In this document: in pieces, positions 1-10,307 of the stretch
Position numbering within the stretch: position 1 is the first letter of the stretch
Layout of the letters: each line of letters opens with the position of its first letter
Virus record (IMG/VR): IMGVR_UViG_3300045988_052780
DNA: 64,000 nucleotides
Strand: one strand, 5' to 3'
Source of the DNA: a virus
Program-made: the position numbers and the translations under genes
The notes under the pieces: model-generated
Databases searched by the model: none
Told to the model about the DNA's origin: nothing
What the model saw: the letters and a program-made list of their open reading frames with translations, nothing else

Positions 1-15
1 AGACTTAGAGAGGGT

Positions 16-21
16 AAGGAG
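16..21 (+). promoter_or_regulatory. Shine-Dalgarno (AAGGAG) for CDS 31..1515
   Basis: AAGGAG sits 9 nt upstream of the ATG at position 31. Confidence 0.5.
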
Positions 22-30
22 CAGTGGAAG

Positions 31-1515
31 ATGGCTATAGAAGAATCTAAGAAGAATGGTTCCTATGGTGAAATGGCAGTAAGTACAGATGGTAGATACT
101 ATGTGATGGGAGAAGATGGTCCGGAATTAAAATCTACTTTAGAAAGAGGTGATAGAGTACTTACTAATGCAGATTTAGCTGAACTGAGAGCTAATAATGT
201 CCCATTTGCTAATAACATATCTACTACTATAGCTAATGGTGTTAGTATGGAGAGTATTAATAAGACTATTTGGGAACTTATTAGTAAAATTGGAAAGGAT
301 AGTACTTCAAAAGAATTCTTTAGAACCAAGAAAGGCCAGGATATAAAAGACGGTATTGATGAATTATTAGCTGCTGGAGAAGATGGTGTTTATAAAATCA
401 CAGAGAAGAATACAGATCAATCTAGGAAAGCTGTAACTGCTTTAAATTATTTAATCTCTGTAATGCCTACTAATGTTAAGGCATTATTAAGAGGTAAAGC
501 TGCATTAGCCGGATTAGACCCTAATAAAGGTGCTTATAAATTAGTGGCTGATATGGTTGCATCTGGAATTGACAATACTAGTGAAATTGGAATTGATTTT
601 GATAAAGCTGCTACCACTGGAGCTAATACCGATAGTAATGGTAATAAGAAGACTTTGAGTATGAAACCCATAATGTCTTATTATGCTGGAGAGAATGGAG
701 TAGAATCCACTTACATAGTAAATCCGGGTCAAGGATATCAAATGCATACTGATGCAGTTATTTATGGGATGCCATTAGACCAGAAAGGTGACGTAGTTCC
801 GCAAGGGTCATTACAATCTTTATTAAATTCAGGAATTGGAGGTATAGTTGATACTACTTCTATTTCTCTAGGAAATCAGAGAGTAGATTCTTCCAATCTT
901 GGGCAGGTACTATATGATGGCACACAATTAGCTAGGGCTATACTACCATACACATATGATGCTAATGGTAAGATTGTCCCAGATTTTGAATTAATGCCGG
1001 AATTTATAGAGGCTCAGAAAGAAATCAAGGAGCGAGGCAATAATATAACTGCCGTTGAGCTATCACAGATATTGAATACTCACAATTTAGGAGATTATAT
1101 GTATCAAAATAAAGATGGGGAACTTATATGGAATCCTTCTAAGTTCCGACCATTCCTAATGACTAATGTAATAGCTGGAGGTAGTGATAGCTGGATTGGT
1201 GGAAAGAGTGGAGTAATTGATGTAGATAAAGCAGGGGAAGGGTATATGACTAATATCAGAAGTATGCCTGAAGTAGACCCTGATAATATTAAGAATTTGT
1301 TTAAAGGTAAGTTAGGTATTACTCCAGAAAGTGAACTGTTTAGAACTGTAGCTTACATGCCTATACTTGAAAGTGCTGGTTTAGCTCTTAATGTAGCAGG
1401 TGAAGATCCAACAATTCCTGCGGATTGGGGAGATATGAGAATTATAAAAGGTAAAGCTGCTCAAGCTAAGAAGTTATCAACATTTACTGGAGCTAGTACA
1501 TCTAAATTAGACTAA
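31..1515 (+). CDS. hypothetical protein (494 aa), possibly virion-associated; first gene of the plus-strand giant-gene block
   Basis: Long ORF with a strong SD. Its stop is 2 nt before the ATG of the 2927 aa gene, which suggests translational coupling. No recognisable motifs. Confidence 0.5.
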   Translation: MAIEESKKNGSYGEMAVSTDGRYYVMGEDGPELKSTLERGDRVLTNADLAELRANNVPFANNISTTIANGVSMESINKTIWELISKIGKDSTSKEFFRTKKGQDIKDGIDELLAAGEDGVYKITEKNTDQSRKAVTALNYLISVMPTNVKALLRGKAALAGLDPNKGAYKLVADMVASGIDNTSEIGIDFDKAATTGANTDSNGNKKTLSMKPIMSYYAGENGVESTYIVNPGQGYQMHTDAVIYGMPLDQKGDVVPQGSLQSLLNSGIGGIVDTTSISLGNQRVDSSNLGQVLYDGTQLARAILPYTYDANGKIVPDFELMPEFIEAQKEIKERGNNITAVELSQILNTHNLGDYMYQNKDGELIWNPSKFRPFLMTNVIAGGSDSWIGGKSGVIDVDKAGEGYMTNIRSMPEVDPDNIKNLFKGKLGITPESELFRTVAYMPILESAGLALNVAGEDPTIPADWGDMRIIKGKAAQAKKLSTFTGASTSKLD

Positions 1516-1517
1516 AT

Positions 1518-4500
1518 ATGAATAACGTAAAGAAACCTAATGATTGGTTCATAGCGCAGATAGATAATCCTTCGTTTACTCCTGGAAATTTTAGAGATGT
1601 AGGATTAACTGCCGACAATACTGGATTATTAGATAGAAATACCTATAAGAATAGTAAATATGTCCAAGATAAATTTAAGGATGATGAAGGTAAGTTTGAT
1701 GAAGTATCCTTTAATAAAGTGTATGATGCTGCCGCTCAAACTTATCAAAAGTTTGCTAATGATGAGTTTGAGGAAAGTATTATGGATGATGCTGATTGGG
1801 ATCCTTATTCTCAGTTAAGACCAGAGGATGGTAAAGTTAGGGACATTAATTTTAATGTAACTAAAGTACTTAATCCAGATAGATTAAAGACTGGTGTATC
1901 TCAAATAGGAAGGACTGACAATAGAGAATGGACTGCCTCTGAACTAGCTCAAACTCAAAAGGTATACGACTATAAAACTGGGAAGTATAAGGAATATACA
2001 CCTAATGATAATATACTATTTGGTAATCCAGTAGGTTTCTTAGCGTCATTAGGTGAACCTTTAGTTCTTGCACAGTGGGATGAAGATGGAGAACATACAG
2101 ATCCATTTACTGGAAGAGTTGTTAAGCATAATAAGGGAGACTTAAAATATAACGATGAAGGTACTTACTACTACGAGACCCTAGGAGGAAGAGAAGCATA
2201 CGGACGTAAATTTAAATCGGCATTTGATTCATTTACTGTAGATGGTTCGGCTGCTAATAAATATGATTTCTTCGATTCTGACGGACTTGATAAATCAGTT
2301 ACTGGTACTGTAATGAAGACAGTAGCTGCAATAGCTCCTCTATTTGTTCCCTACGTTAATACTGTATATGGAGGTGCCATGATTGGTGCTCAATTAATGG
2401 ATATTCTTCCTACAATCTATAAATCCACTATAGGATTAAATCAAGACACTCCTACTGCCAACTTATTACAGGGTATAGGCAGAACATTTAAAGGTTCTAA
2501 ATCTGAATATTCTCAGCAGAACTTAATTTCAACTGAGAACTTCTTTGATTTAGTGACGGATGTAGCTTTGCAGTGGGCACAGCAGAGAACTATATTCCAA
2601 GGTATTCATAAATTACTTGGAACAGAGGCTAAACAAAGAGCTGCTTTAGCCAAAGCAGGAGAAGAAGCTGCCGAAATATTACTTAAGAATCCAGAGAAGT
2701 ATAAGAACGTAGCTGGCAGTGTCATAGAAATGAATCAGCTAAAGGCTGCTAAAGCGTTTGAAACCATTCTTAAGAGAAATAATAGAATGGCAGCAAATAC
2801 TGCACTTGGTTATATGGCAATGATGCAGGGTTTAGAAACCTTTGAGGATGCTATCGGCCAAGGAGCTACTAGAGCTGAAGCAGCTGCTATTGCATGGGGT
2901 GCTGTTGCGGGCATGTATGCAGTTGATAGAACTGGTCTTGGCGAAATATTCTTCCCAGAACTTAAGACTTCCGTACCTGCTTACAGACAAGCAATTAAAG
3001 AGGTTGCAGAGGAAGTTAATAAGGGATTCCAGACATTAGCTAAATCTAATATACCACAACCTAAGAAGCTAGCTAAATTCTTTGATACAGCTAAAAAGAA
3101 GTCTTCCGACTATTGGTCTGATGTTAGAAATCATACTACTGGGTTTGCTCAGAAGATGCTTACTGAAGGTCTAGAGGAAATGTCCGAAGAAGCTGTAGTT
3201 GACTTAGCTAAAGCTACATTTAACTGGGCCCAAGAAATGGGCTTTACTGAGAGCAAGAATAAGTTAAATGCTGGAGAGAATGCATTTGAAAGATACGGAA
3301 TGAGTTTCTTCGGAGGAGCTATTGGTGGCGCTATATTTCATGGTGTAGATGTGGTTAATAATCATAGAGCTACTAATGAGCAAACTAATCAAGAGCTTAT
3401 ATATCTAATCAGAAATGGGCGTACTAATGAACTAATAGAAGAGCTTAATAATCTTAAGAAGAAGGGTAAATTAGGTAACAAGAATCTATCTGCTACTAAG
3501 ACTGAGGATACAAAGGAAGGTACTGTATGGACATCTCCTACTAGTGGAGCAGACAATCAAAATGAAGCAGTGTACAATCTCACTAAGAGCTACTTTCAAC
3601 ATCTAGATGCTGTTATTAACCAAGAAGGTATGGGACTATCCGACGAACAGCTATTAGACAAGATGGTAATGAGTGATGTTAGAATGAAGGCTTTAGCTAG
3701 CATTGAGGTATCCGATGGTCAGAAATTCGGTAAGGCTATTCTTAATGGCTATAATGGTAAAATGCTTCAAGATTTTAATACCCTTACTTCTAAAATAGTT
3801 GAGAAACGCAACGAAATAGCAGATCTGGAGCATAAGACAAATGACACAGACAAGAAAGGGTCAGTTTATCAAGCTGATTTACAAAGACTACAGCAAGAAT
3901 ATTCTGATTTACAACTTCAAAAGCAGAAATTCTTGGACGGTTCATTCTCTGAGTATTATACAGATCAAATGTTGTTTGCTATAGATAATTTAGCCAATCA
4001 TCAGTATTACGCAGCTACATTTAAGGATTTTGCTGAATTTGATACTAAACAGAACTTCCAGGATTTATCAGAAGAACAAATAGAATCTCTGAAACCTAAA
4101 TACGAAGCATATCTGAAGCAAGATAAGATGGAAGCTCTAGATGCTGCTTATGGTATATATAAGAAGGTTAATAAAGAGTTCTCTAACAAGCTTCAAGAAG
4201 GTAGTATCTCAGTTGATGAATATTACAAATTTAGAAAGGAAGTATTCTCAACTATGATTGATTTAAAGGCTACTATAGATAGACTTAATCTGGAGGATGT
4301 TACTGAGCAAGAACTCCAATCTAGATTTGGAGTAGACCGTAACATTGACTGGGTTCTTAATAAGAAGTTTACTAGACAAGTATTTGACAGAAAGGACAAC
4401 GAATCTGATGAAGAGGCTGAAGCTAGGTTACAACAAACTGAACTGTACAACCAAGAAGTGTTAGGAAGAGTTCAAGGAGTAATTCAAATGGCACAAGGCT

Positions 4501-7500
4501 ATGGATTTATGGATGCCGAGACTAAAGACTTACTACTTAGTGTTCTTGGTGATAAAATCTCTAACGAACGAGCAGTTATGACTGTTTTAGGTAATATGTT
4601 CGCTAATGGGATTATTAGTAGAAACGTCGATGCTAGTGGTAACTTACTTCCTGATCCATTGATGGATAAACTAATAGAAACATTAGAGAAAGTTAATGGA
4701 GAGAACTTAGAAGACATAAACAAAGAAATCCATGATGTTATTAATTCTGAAGAGTACAAGAAACAGCTTGTTAATGCAACTTTAGATTACTTTGATGCTA
4801 TAGGAGAATACTATGAGTCTGAAGATGCAGATAATGTTATGAAGTACACTGAAGAGCGTATTAATAACATGGAGAAGATATATCAGGATGCTGCTAAAGA
4901 AATAAATAACGAAGTACTAGCCAACCCGTACAATGCAACAGTATTGCAACTACGTAGTGATGTGCTTAAACTTAAAACTAGTCCAGTGTATGATTATCTT
5001 CAGGATTTTACTAGAACTGTATTCGGAAGCACTTCTAATATTATAGACCTTATAGAGAATGAGCAACGAAGATTTGAGGCAGCTCCTACTATATCTGATT
5101 ATGTTTTAGATGGCAACAAAGAGAAGGAAATAGAAGATGCTATTACAGCAATTAATATGCTTAAATCAGTAATCTATTCTAGTTCTACTGCTGATTTGGA
5201 TATTGATAGGCCATTTGGACATAATGCTCTTATGAACCACTTCTTAGAAACATACTTCCCTAAAGAAGAGAAATATGGAGTTATTAGGGACGATGTAGCA
5301 GCCATGATGAATATAGAATTGGATAAAATTATTAATCAGTTGCTGTTCTTAACTGATTTATCTATAATGAATGGGGTAAATCAGTTTAGTAAACATGCTA
5401 GAACTGGTCAAAAGATATCTAAATTGCTATACGATGTATTAAGAGGTAATGGTAAATATGGATTCCTAAAAGACTTAGAATATAACGGAACCAAGTTATT
5501 TGCAGGTCTAGATGAAATATCTACCCCAACCTTGGACAATATTGACGAAGCAGCTTATGATAATCCAGCAATATCCGTCGAATTGGCTAACTTACAGAAT
5601 AAGCTTTATGATACTTTCCATAAAATAGTATCTGAAAGTGGAGAATCAGTAAGTACAGTACTTAAAGCTATGTTCTCTAATTTAGGGGCTAAATTCAATA
5701 TGTCTAGTTTAGTAAATCAAAATAACACTAGGTTTAGCCCGGAAACGGAATATATAGAAGACTTTGATATTTATATGTGGTTGCATGCCACATTAGCATT
5801 TAAGAAGTCTGATTTTGATTACTATTTAAGAGAGACTCTTGCTGATTCAGAAGCTACCTATGCTCCCTTATTTGCCCAAGAATATGCTGCTTACATGTCT
5901 ACAGCTATGGCAGTTAACCCAGAAGTAATGAATGCTGCCATAGATAATATTGATGTTCCTAAAGGCCAACCCGGTAGTGAATTACTAAAGTACTTCAATA
6001 CTGTAATGGTTAATGGTATCGGAGGTGCTGGTAAAACAGCAGTAATTGCTAAGTTGGTACAGGGAATTGTTACTAAAATTAACCCTAATTCTACTGTGTG
6101 GAAGGTAGGTCCGTCTGAGCAACAAGTTAATAATTTGGTAAGTTCTCTAGGAAGTGATGGAAAGTCTTTTACTGTAGAAGGTTTAATGAGACATGTCTTA
6201 GGTGATGAGACTTATGGTGAACTTAGTAAGGACATTAATAGCTCTAATACTGAATCTAAATTATATGACTTGGTAGAATTTAATGAACTTAAGCAAGGAT
6301 ACACTGTAGCAGTTGCTAAGTCTGATATAGAATATAGTGATAATGCTACTCCTAGATTGCTGTTTATTGATGAAGCTACTTGGGTTAATAGCGTTTATAT
6401 GCAATTCTTATCTGATTGGGCATCCAAGAATGGTGTTACAATAATACTATTAGGGGATTTAAATCAGAATGGATATGAGAATGTAGAAACTAGTATATAC
6501 AATGTTAAACCAACTGAAGCATTAACGGTTAGAACTCCTAAACTGGATATTAGCTTACGTATTACTAATGTTCAGAAAGACGATAATAATAAGCAGGTTA
6601 ATGCAATTCTTAGTAGGATCAACTTTAACAAGGATAATGTGACCGCTGATAATGATGCAGAAGTTAGAGATAGAATATTCAATGAAATTACTAGTAATTT
6701 AATTCTGAAACATTATCAAGACGATGACAATCCACTAAATGGAGAGAAGATAGTAAATGAAATTTCAGAGGAAGATATTAAGGCATTATTGGAAGCTGAT
6801 GGTGAAATAGGTTATGTATATGATAATGAAAACTCTCCTACATATCAGTTAATTCAGAGAATGAATGATAGTAGAATCAAGGTATACACTCCTAAATCTG
6901 TACAAGGCTCAGAAGCTGCTCACTTCATTATTGATGTAGACTTTGCTAAATACGATTCTACTGACTGGGCAGACCTTATTAATTTTGCTAAATCCTTCTA
7001 TACTATGATGTCTCGTTCTAAAGAAGGAACTTACATTATTAATAATGGATTATCTGCATATGTAAAAGAGAAGAATCTTATTAAGGAAGATAGAACTTCT
7101 GTAACTCCTAGTCAGGAACGTATTATTAACACCTTCAAAGAAATCAGAATGGCTGCTTTGGATTCAGAATTGGAAGGGTATACTCCTTCTCCAATAAATT
7201 CTGAAGAGACATCTCAATCTCCTGAACCAGCTGCTAAAGCTGCTCCTTATACACCTAAAAGTCCTTCCAAACCTAAAGGAGATAATCCTATAGAGAATGA
7301 GTTATTAGGTAACTTGGATGGAAAGAAGACTACTGTATTAGATTCAGAAATAGAGGGTGTTATGTCTGGAATTAGGGCTTATGGATGGTATATGAGATAT
7401 GGTATGTTAGAGAATGAGGACGGAACATTTGATAGAGTAGTTAAAGATGATATTATAGATGATTTAAACGTCTTTACTAAAAATGGAATTCATTATACTG

Positions 7501-10301
7501 CTAATCAATTGATTACTCCTAAATCATTATTGGTGGATATTAGAAACTACCTAACATTTGGTGAGAAGTTTGATGAAGATTTCTTACAGAGACTGTCTGA
7601 TAGTGGTAATGCATATTTAGCTAAGTTAGGATTAGATGTATGGAATAATGGAAGTTTCTATCTTGAAGTTCGTAAAGACGATACTAGTACCACTGGAACA
7701 GATATAGCTAGAGACAAACAAGGTTATGATAAGACTAAAGTAGAGTCTACTGCATTTAATATTGTTTACAGAGTCAGTATAGATGGAGGTAAGGATATTC
7801 AGTTTACTATGGGTAAACTTACTAATCCAGACACTTGGCAGAAATGGGATAAAGCTCATGGTAACAAGTTAGATGCTGCTATATCTAAGTATAGGAAGTG
7901 GTATAAGAACATGCAAGAATGGTCTAATTCTAATCCAACATCTTCTAAATACTTTAAAATCAATAAATCTGACATTACATTCTCTAGGGCAACTAGACTA
8001 AAAGAGGTACCAGGTCAAACTTGGAATCTTAATGAGTTACAAGAAGCCTTTCCTAATGCTCTAATAAGTCCTATGTATGGATATACTGGACAGGGTGGTG
8101 TAGCTATGATCGATAAATCAGTCAGAGGTAAAGGTATAGTATTTGCAACTACTAATAAGCATCTCAAAATAGACGGGGAGAAAGTTACTGAATCAAATCT
8201 AGCAGATATGTATATCAAAATGCAGAAGAAGAGAGCAAGAGCATTTGATGAAGCTAAATCAAGGGGTCTTTCTAATGAAGAGGCAAATGCAGAAGTTGCA
8301 GATAGAGTACCGCCAATCATTAGAGCTATAGTAGCTACCCCTAATGGTTCATTTATAAATGACTACTTTACATTATCATTCAGTGATTTAACTAGTACTG
8401 ACGATGATGGCAAGAGTAAACTTGATATACAGCAGGTTAAGGACTATATAGGTACATATGGAAGTAATACTACAGCGGCTAGAATGTTAGTAGCATTGTG
8501 GAATTATCGAGCCGGACTTAACAACTTCTTAGATGCTTATAAGACATATATGTCTACTAATAATCTGAGTGAAGTAAGGGGACAGACTGAAGTTGATAAG
8601 TTCAATGGACTGCTAGACCAATCTGTAGTTAATGGGGCTAAAAGAGTTCCTTGGAATCCTTCTACTTATAATGGATTTATGTTTAGACTTACTTATGCTG
8701 ATGCTATTAAGGCTAATGCTCCAGGTATGGTAGTTAGACCTATAAATCTTAGTGAGAATGAATGGAAAGAATTCAATGCAGGCAGTAAAGTATCTAGAAA
8801 ACTTACTTATGGAGTATATATAGATCCAGCAGTTGCTAAGGCTCAATATACTATATTAAATGAAATATTTGATGTTTTAGGTAAATACATTTCACTTCCT
8901 AAGGATACTAATTTCACAATTAGAACAGAAGGAAGAAATATGGATAATATCCTAGAGCAACTTATATCTGATAATGGAGAGATAGAATTCAGTGATGGAG
9001 TAAGAACTGTCAAACATGCAGCCTCAGCTTTAGGAAATATGGGAGGATCTTTTAAAGTTGTTAGTTTGCTATCCTCTATCTATAAGATGTACACTAAAGG
9101 TTATAAAGCAGGTGATGCTTATTCATTTACTGCAAAAGGACCGGATGGTAAACCTATAGAAACTAGACTAGAAGCAACTAATGTTCGCATAGGTGAAGCT
9201 GTCAGAGATGCAGGTAGGACCAGTGCTTTTTCTGTACTTAATAATATGTTCAATGTTATATTACATGGCACTCCAACTATTAAGGAAGGTGCTCCTACTA
9301 CAACATATGCTCCATTTATAGATGGAATATTCTATACTCCAAGATTTCAGACTTCTCATGACAGTCAACCCTCAGATTTCTATCCCACTAGAAATAACTT
9401 AGATCAGTTCCATATAGATGTAGCTATAGAAAGTCCTAATTTCGAAATTACTATAGACCCTACTGGTTTAAAAGAAGTAGAATTTAAGGATGATATATTA
9501 CATGCTAAGAGAGACGAATTTAACTCCAGAATGAATTTGTCAACTATGGGAGCTCTGTCTAATGTAAGTGGATATGAATCCTTACAGGATTTAGCTGACA
9601 GAGCTAAATCTAGATATGAGACTGAAGGGGATGCTGCTATTAATGATATCATTAAAGAGTATAGTAGCTCAGTAGCTGTCAAGCTTTCTGATGCAGTTAA
9701 TAATAGACAATTAAAGATGAATAATGACACTGTATTAAGTATTTATACTACAGTTCTTGACACTGGACTATTAACTATAAATAGTTATTCTACCCTGTTA
9801 GATGAAATAAATAAGAAGAGTCCCTCTGTACTACCTAAGAAAGTAGATGGTTCTATTGATAATTCTGCAATTCAGAATGTTGAATATAATGGTAGTAATC
9901 TAGAGGAATTTACAGTAACTTTGCAGGGAGGACAAACAATAAAAGGTTCTATTCTCGATGGTAAAGTAGAAATTGCAGATACAACTATGTATGAAATTCC
10001 ATTTGATCCAACTAGAGAACAGAAGTTAAAGATATTCGCAGATACACTTAACGATTTTGATAATCTTAGGGAATCTGAAATTGCTGACTTAATTAACACA
10101 TTAATGTCTCTATCATCAGTAACTCCAGAGCAGGCTCAGGCTATATTGGATAAAGCCAAACTAGTTGACAGCCATTTTGAAGGATTATTGACTGATGAGC
10201 AGTTAGACAATGATGATTTAATTGACGTGCAAGAATACATATCTTCTTTAGCTTCCAATAAGAACATTATTGATAGTCAAGGATGTAAATTTAATATCTA
10301 A
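1518..10301 (+). CDS. giant protein (2927 aa) with an internal SF1B helicase/ATPase domain; candidate virion-packaged or ejected protein
   Basis: Uninterrupted 8.8 kb ORF. An internal region carries Walker A GIGGAGKT, Walker B LLFIDEAT, motif III ILLGDLNQ, motif V KSVQGSEAAHFII and motif VI FYTMMSRSKEGTYII. Confidence 0.7.
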   Translation: MNNVKKPNDWFIAQIDNPSFTPGNFRDVGLTADNTGLLDRNTYKNSKYVQDKFKDDEGKFDEVSFNKVYDAAAQTYQKFANDEFEESIMDDADWDPYSQLRPEDGKVRDINFNVTKVLNPDRLKTGVSQIGRTDNREWTASELAQTQKVYDYKTGKYKEYTPNDNILFGNPVGFLASLGEPLVLAQWDEDGEHTDPFTGRVVKHNKGDLKYNDEGTYYYETLGGREAYGRKFKSAFDSFTVDGSAANKYDFFDSDGLDKSVTGTVMKTVAAIAPLFVPYVNTVYGGAMIGAQLMDILPTIYKSTIGLNQDTPTANLLQGIGRTFKGSKSEYSQQNLISTENFFDLVTDVALQWAQQRTIFQGIHKLLGTEAKQRAALAKAGEEAAEILLKNPEKYKNVAGSVIEMNQLKAAKAFETILKRNNRMAANTALGYMAMMQGLETFEDAIGQGATRAEAAAIAWGAVAGMYAVDRTGLGEIFFPELKTSVPAYRQAIKEVAEEVNKGFQTLAKSNIPQPKKLAKFFDTAKKKSSDYWSDVRNHTTGFAQKMLTEGLEEMSEEAVVDLAKATFNWAQEMGFTESKNKLNAGENAFERYGMSFFGGAIGGAIFHGVDVVNNHRATNEQTNQELIYLIRNGRTNELIEELNNLKKKGKLGNKNLSATKTEDTKEGTVWTSPTSGADNQNEAVYNLTKSYFQHLDAVINQEGMGLSDEQLLDKMVMSDVRMKALASIEVSDGQKFGKAILNGYNGKMLQDFNTLTSKIVEKRNEIADLEHKTNDTDKKGSVYQADLQRLQQEYSDLQLQKQKFLDGSFSEYYTDQMLFAIDNLANHQYYAATFKDFAEFDTKQNFQDLSEEQIESLKPKYEAYLKQDKMEALDAAYGIYKKVNKEFSNKLQEGSISVDEYYKFRKEVFSTMIDLKATIDRLNLEDVTEQELQSRFGVDRNIDWVLNKKFTRQVFDRKDNESDEEAEARLQQTELYNQEVLGRVQGVIQMAQGYGFMDAETKDLLLSVLGDKISNERAVMTVLGNMFANGIISRNVDASGNLLPDPLMDKLIETLEKVNGENLEDINKEIHDVINSEEYKKQLVNATLDYFDAIGEYYESEDADNVMKYTEERINNMEKIYQDAAKEINNEVLANPYNATVLQLRSDVLKLKTSPVYDYLQDFTRTVFGSTSNIIDLIENEQRRFEAAPTISDYVLDGNKEKEIEDAITAINMLKSVIYSSSTADLDIDRPFGHNALMNHFLETYFPKEEKYGVIRDDVAAMMNIELDKIINQLLFLTDLSIMNGVNQFSKHARTGQKISKLLYDVLRGNGKYGFLKDLEYNGTKLFAGLDEISTPTLDNIDEAAYDNPAISVELANLQNKLYDTFHKIVSESGESVSTVLKAMFSNLGAKFNMSSLVNQNNTRFSPETEYIEDFDIYMWLHATLAFKKSDFDYYLRETLADSEATYAPLFAQEYAAYMSTAMAVNPEVMNAAIDNIDVPKGQPGSELLKYFNTVMVNGIGGAGKTAVIAKLVQGIVTKINPNSTVWKVGPSEQQVNNLVSSLGSDGKSFTVEGLMRHVLGDETYGELSKDINSSNTESKLYDLVEFNELKQGYTVAVAKSDIEYSDNATPRLLFIDEATWVNSVYMQFLSDWASKNGVTIILLGDLNQNGYENVETSIYNVKPTEALTVRTPKLDISLRITNVQKDDNNKQVNAILSRINFNKDNVTADNDAEVRDRIFNEITSNLILKHYQDDDNPLNGEKIVNEISEEDIKALLEADGEIGYVYDNENSPTYQLIQRMNDSRIKVYTPKSVQGSEAAHFIIDVDFAKYDSTDWADLINFAKSFYTMMSRSKEGTYIINNGLSAYVKEKNLIKEDRTSVTPSQERIINTFKEIRMAALDSELEGYTPSPINSEETSQSPEPAAKAAPYTPKSPSKPKGDNPIENELLGNLDGKKTTVLDSEIEGVMSGIRAYGWYMRYGMLENEDGTFDRVVKDDIIDDLNVFTKNGIHYTANQLITPKSLLVDIRNYLTFGEKFDEDFLQRLSDSGNAYLAKLGLDVWNNGSFYLEVRKDDTSTTGTDIARDKQGYDKTKVESTAFNIVYRVSIDGGKDIQFTMGKLTNPDTWQKWDKAHGNKLDAAISKYRKWYKNMQEWSNSNPTSSKYFKINKSDITFSRATRLKEVPGQTWNLNELQEAFPNALISPMYGYTGQGGVAMIDKSVRGKGIVFATTNKHLKIDGEKVTESNLADMYIKMQKKRARAFDEAKSRGLSNEEANAEVADRVPPIIRAIVATPNGSFINDYFTLSFSDLTSTDDDGKSKLDIQQVKDYIGTYGSNTTAARMLVALWNYRAGLNNFLDAYKTYMSTNNLSEVRGQTEVDKFNGLLDQSVVNGAKRVPWNPSTYNGFMFRLTYADAIKANAPGMVVRPINLSENEWKEFNAGSKVSRKLTYGVYIDPAVAKAQYTILNEIFDVLGKYISLPKDTNFTIRTEGRNMDNILEQLISDNGEIEFSDGVRTVKHAASALGNMGGSFKVVSLLSSIYKMYTKGYKAGDAYSFTAKGPDGKPIETRLEATNVRIGEAVRDAGRTSAFSVLNNMFNVILHGTPTIKEGAPTTTYAPFIDGIFYTPRFQTSHDSQPSDFYPTRNNLDQFHIDVAIESPNFEITIDPTGLKEVEFKDDILHAKRDEFNSRMNLSTMGALSNVSGYESLQDLADRAKSRYETEGDAAINDIIKEYSSSVAVKLSDAVNNRQLKMNNDTVLSIYTTVLDTGLLTINSYSTLLDEINKKSPSVLPKKVDGSIDNSAIQNVEYNGSNLEEFTVTLQGGQTIKGSILDGKVEIADTTMYEIPFDPTREQKLKIFADTLNDFDNLRESEIADLINTLMSLSSVTPEQAQAILDKAKLVDSHFEGLLTDEQLDNDDLIDVQEYISSLASNKNIIDSQGCKFNI
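6000..7045 (+). other. embedded Dda/RecD-like SF1B helicase domain within the 2927 aa protein (approx. aa 1495-1840)
   Basis: The full ordered set of SF1 helicase motifs is read directly from the translation. The same motif order is seen in the stand-alone Dda helicase at 54444..55808. Confidence 0.7.
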
Positions 10302-10307
10302 TAAGAA

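Noticed and set aside
2842-9730. Numerous 60-110 aa ORFs on either strand inside the 2927 aa gene (for example 2842..3039+, 4223..4450-, 4499..4759-, 7632..7859-, 8015..8320-, 9404..9730-)
   Set aside because: They lie wholly within a long, motif-bearing ORF in another frame. They are low-complexity Ser/Leu/Ile-rich products typical of antisense or frameshifted reading of AT-rich coding DNA. The same applies to the short ORFs embedded in other long genes throughout the window.
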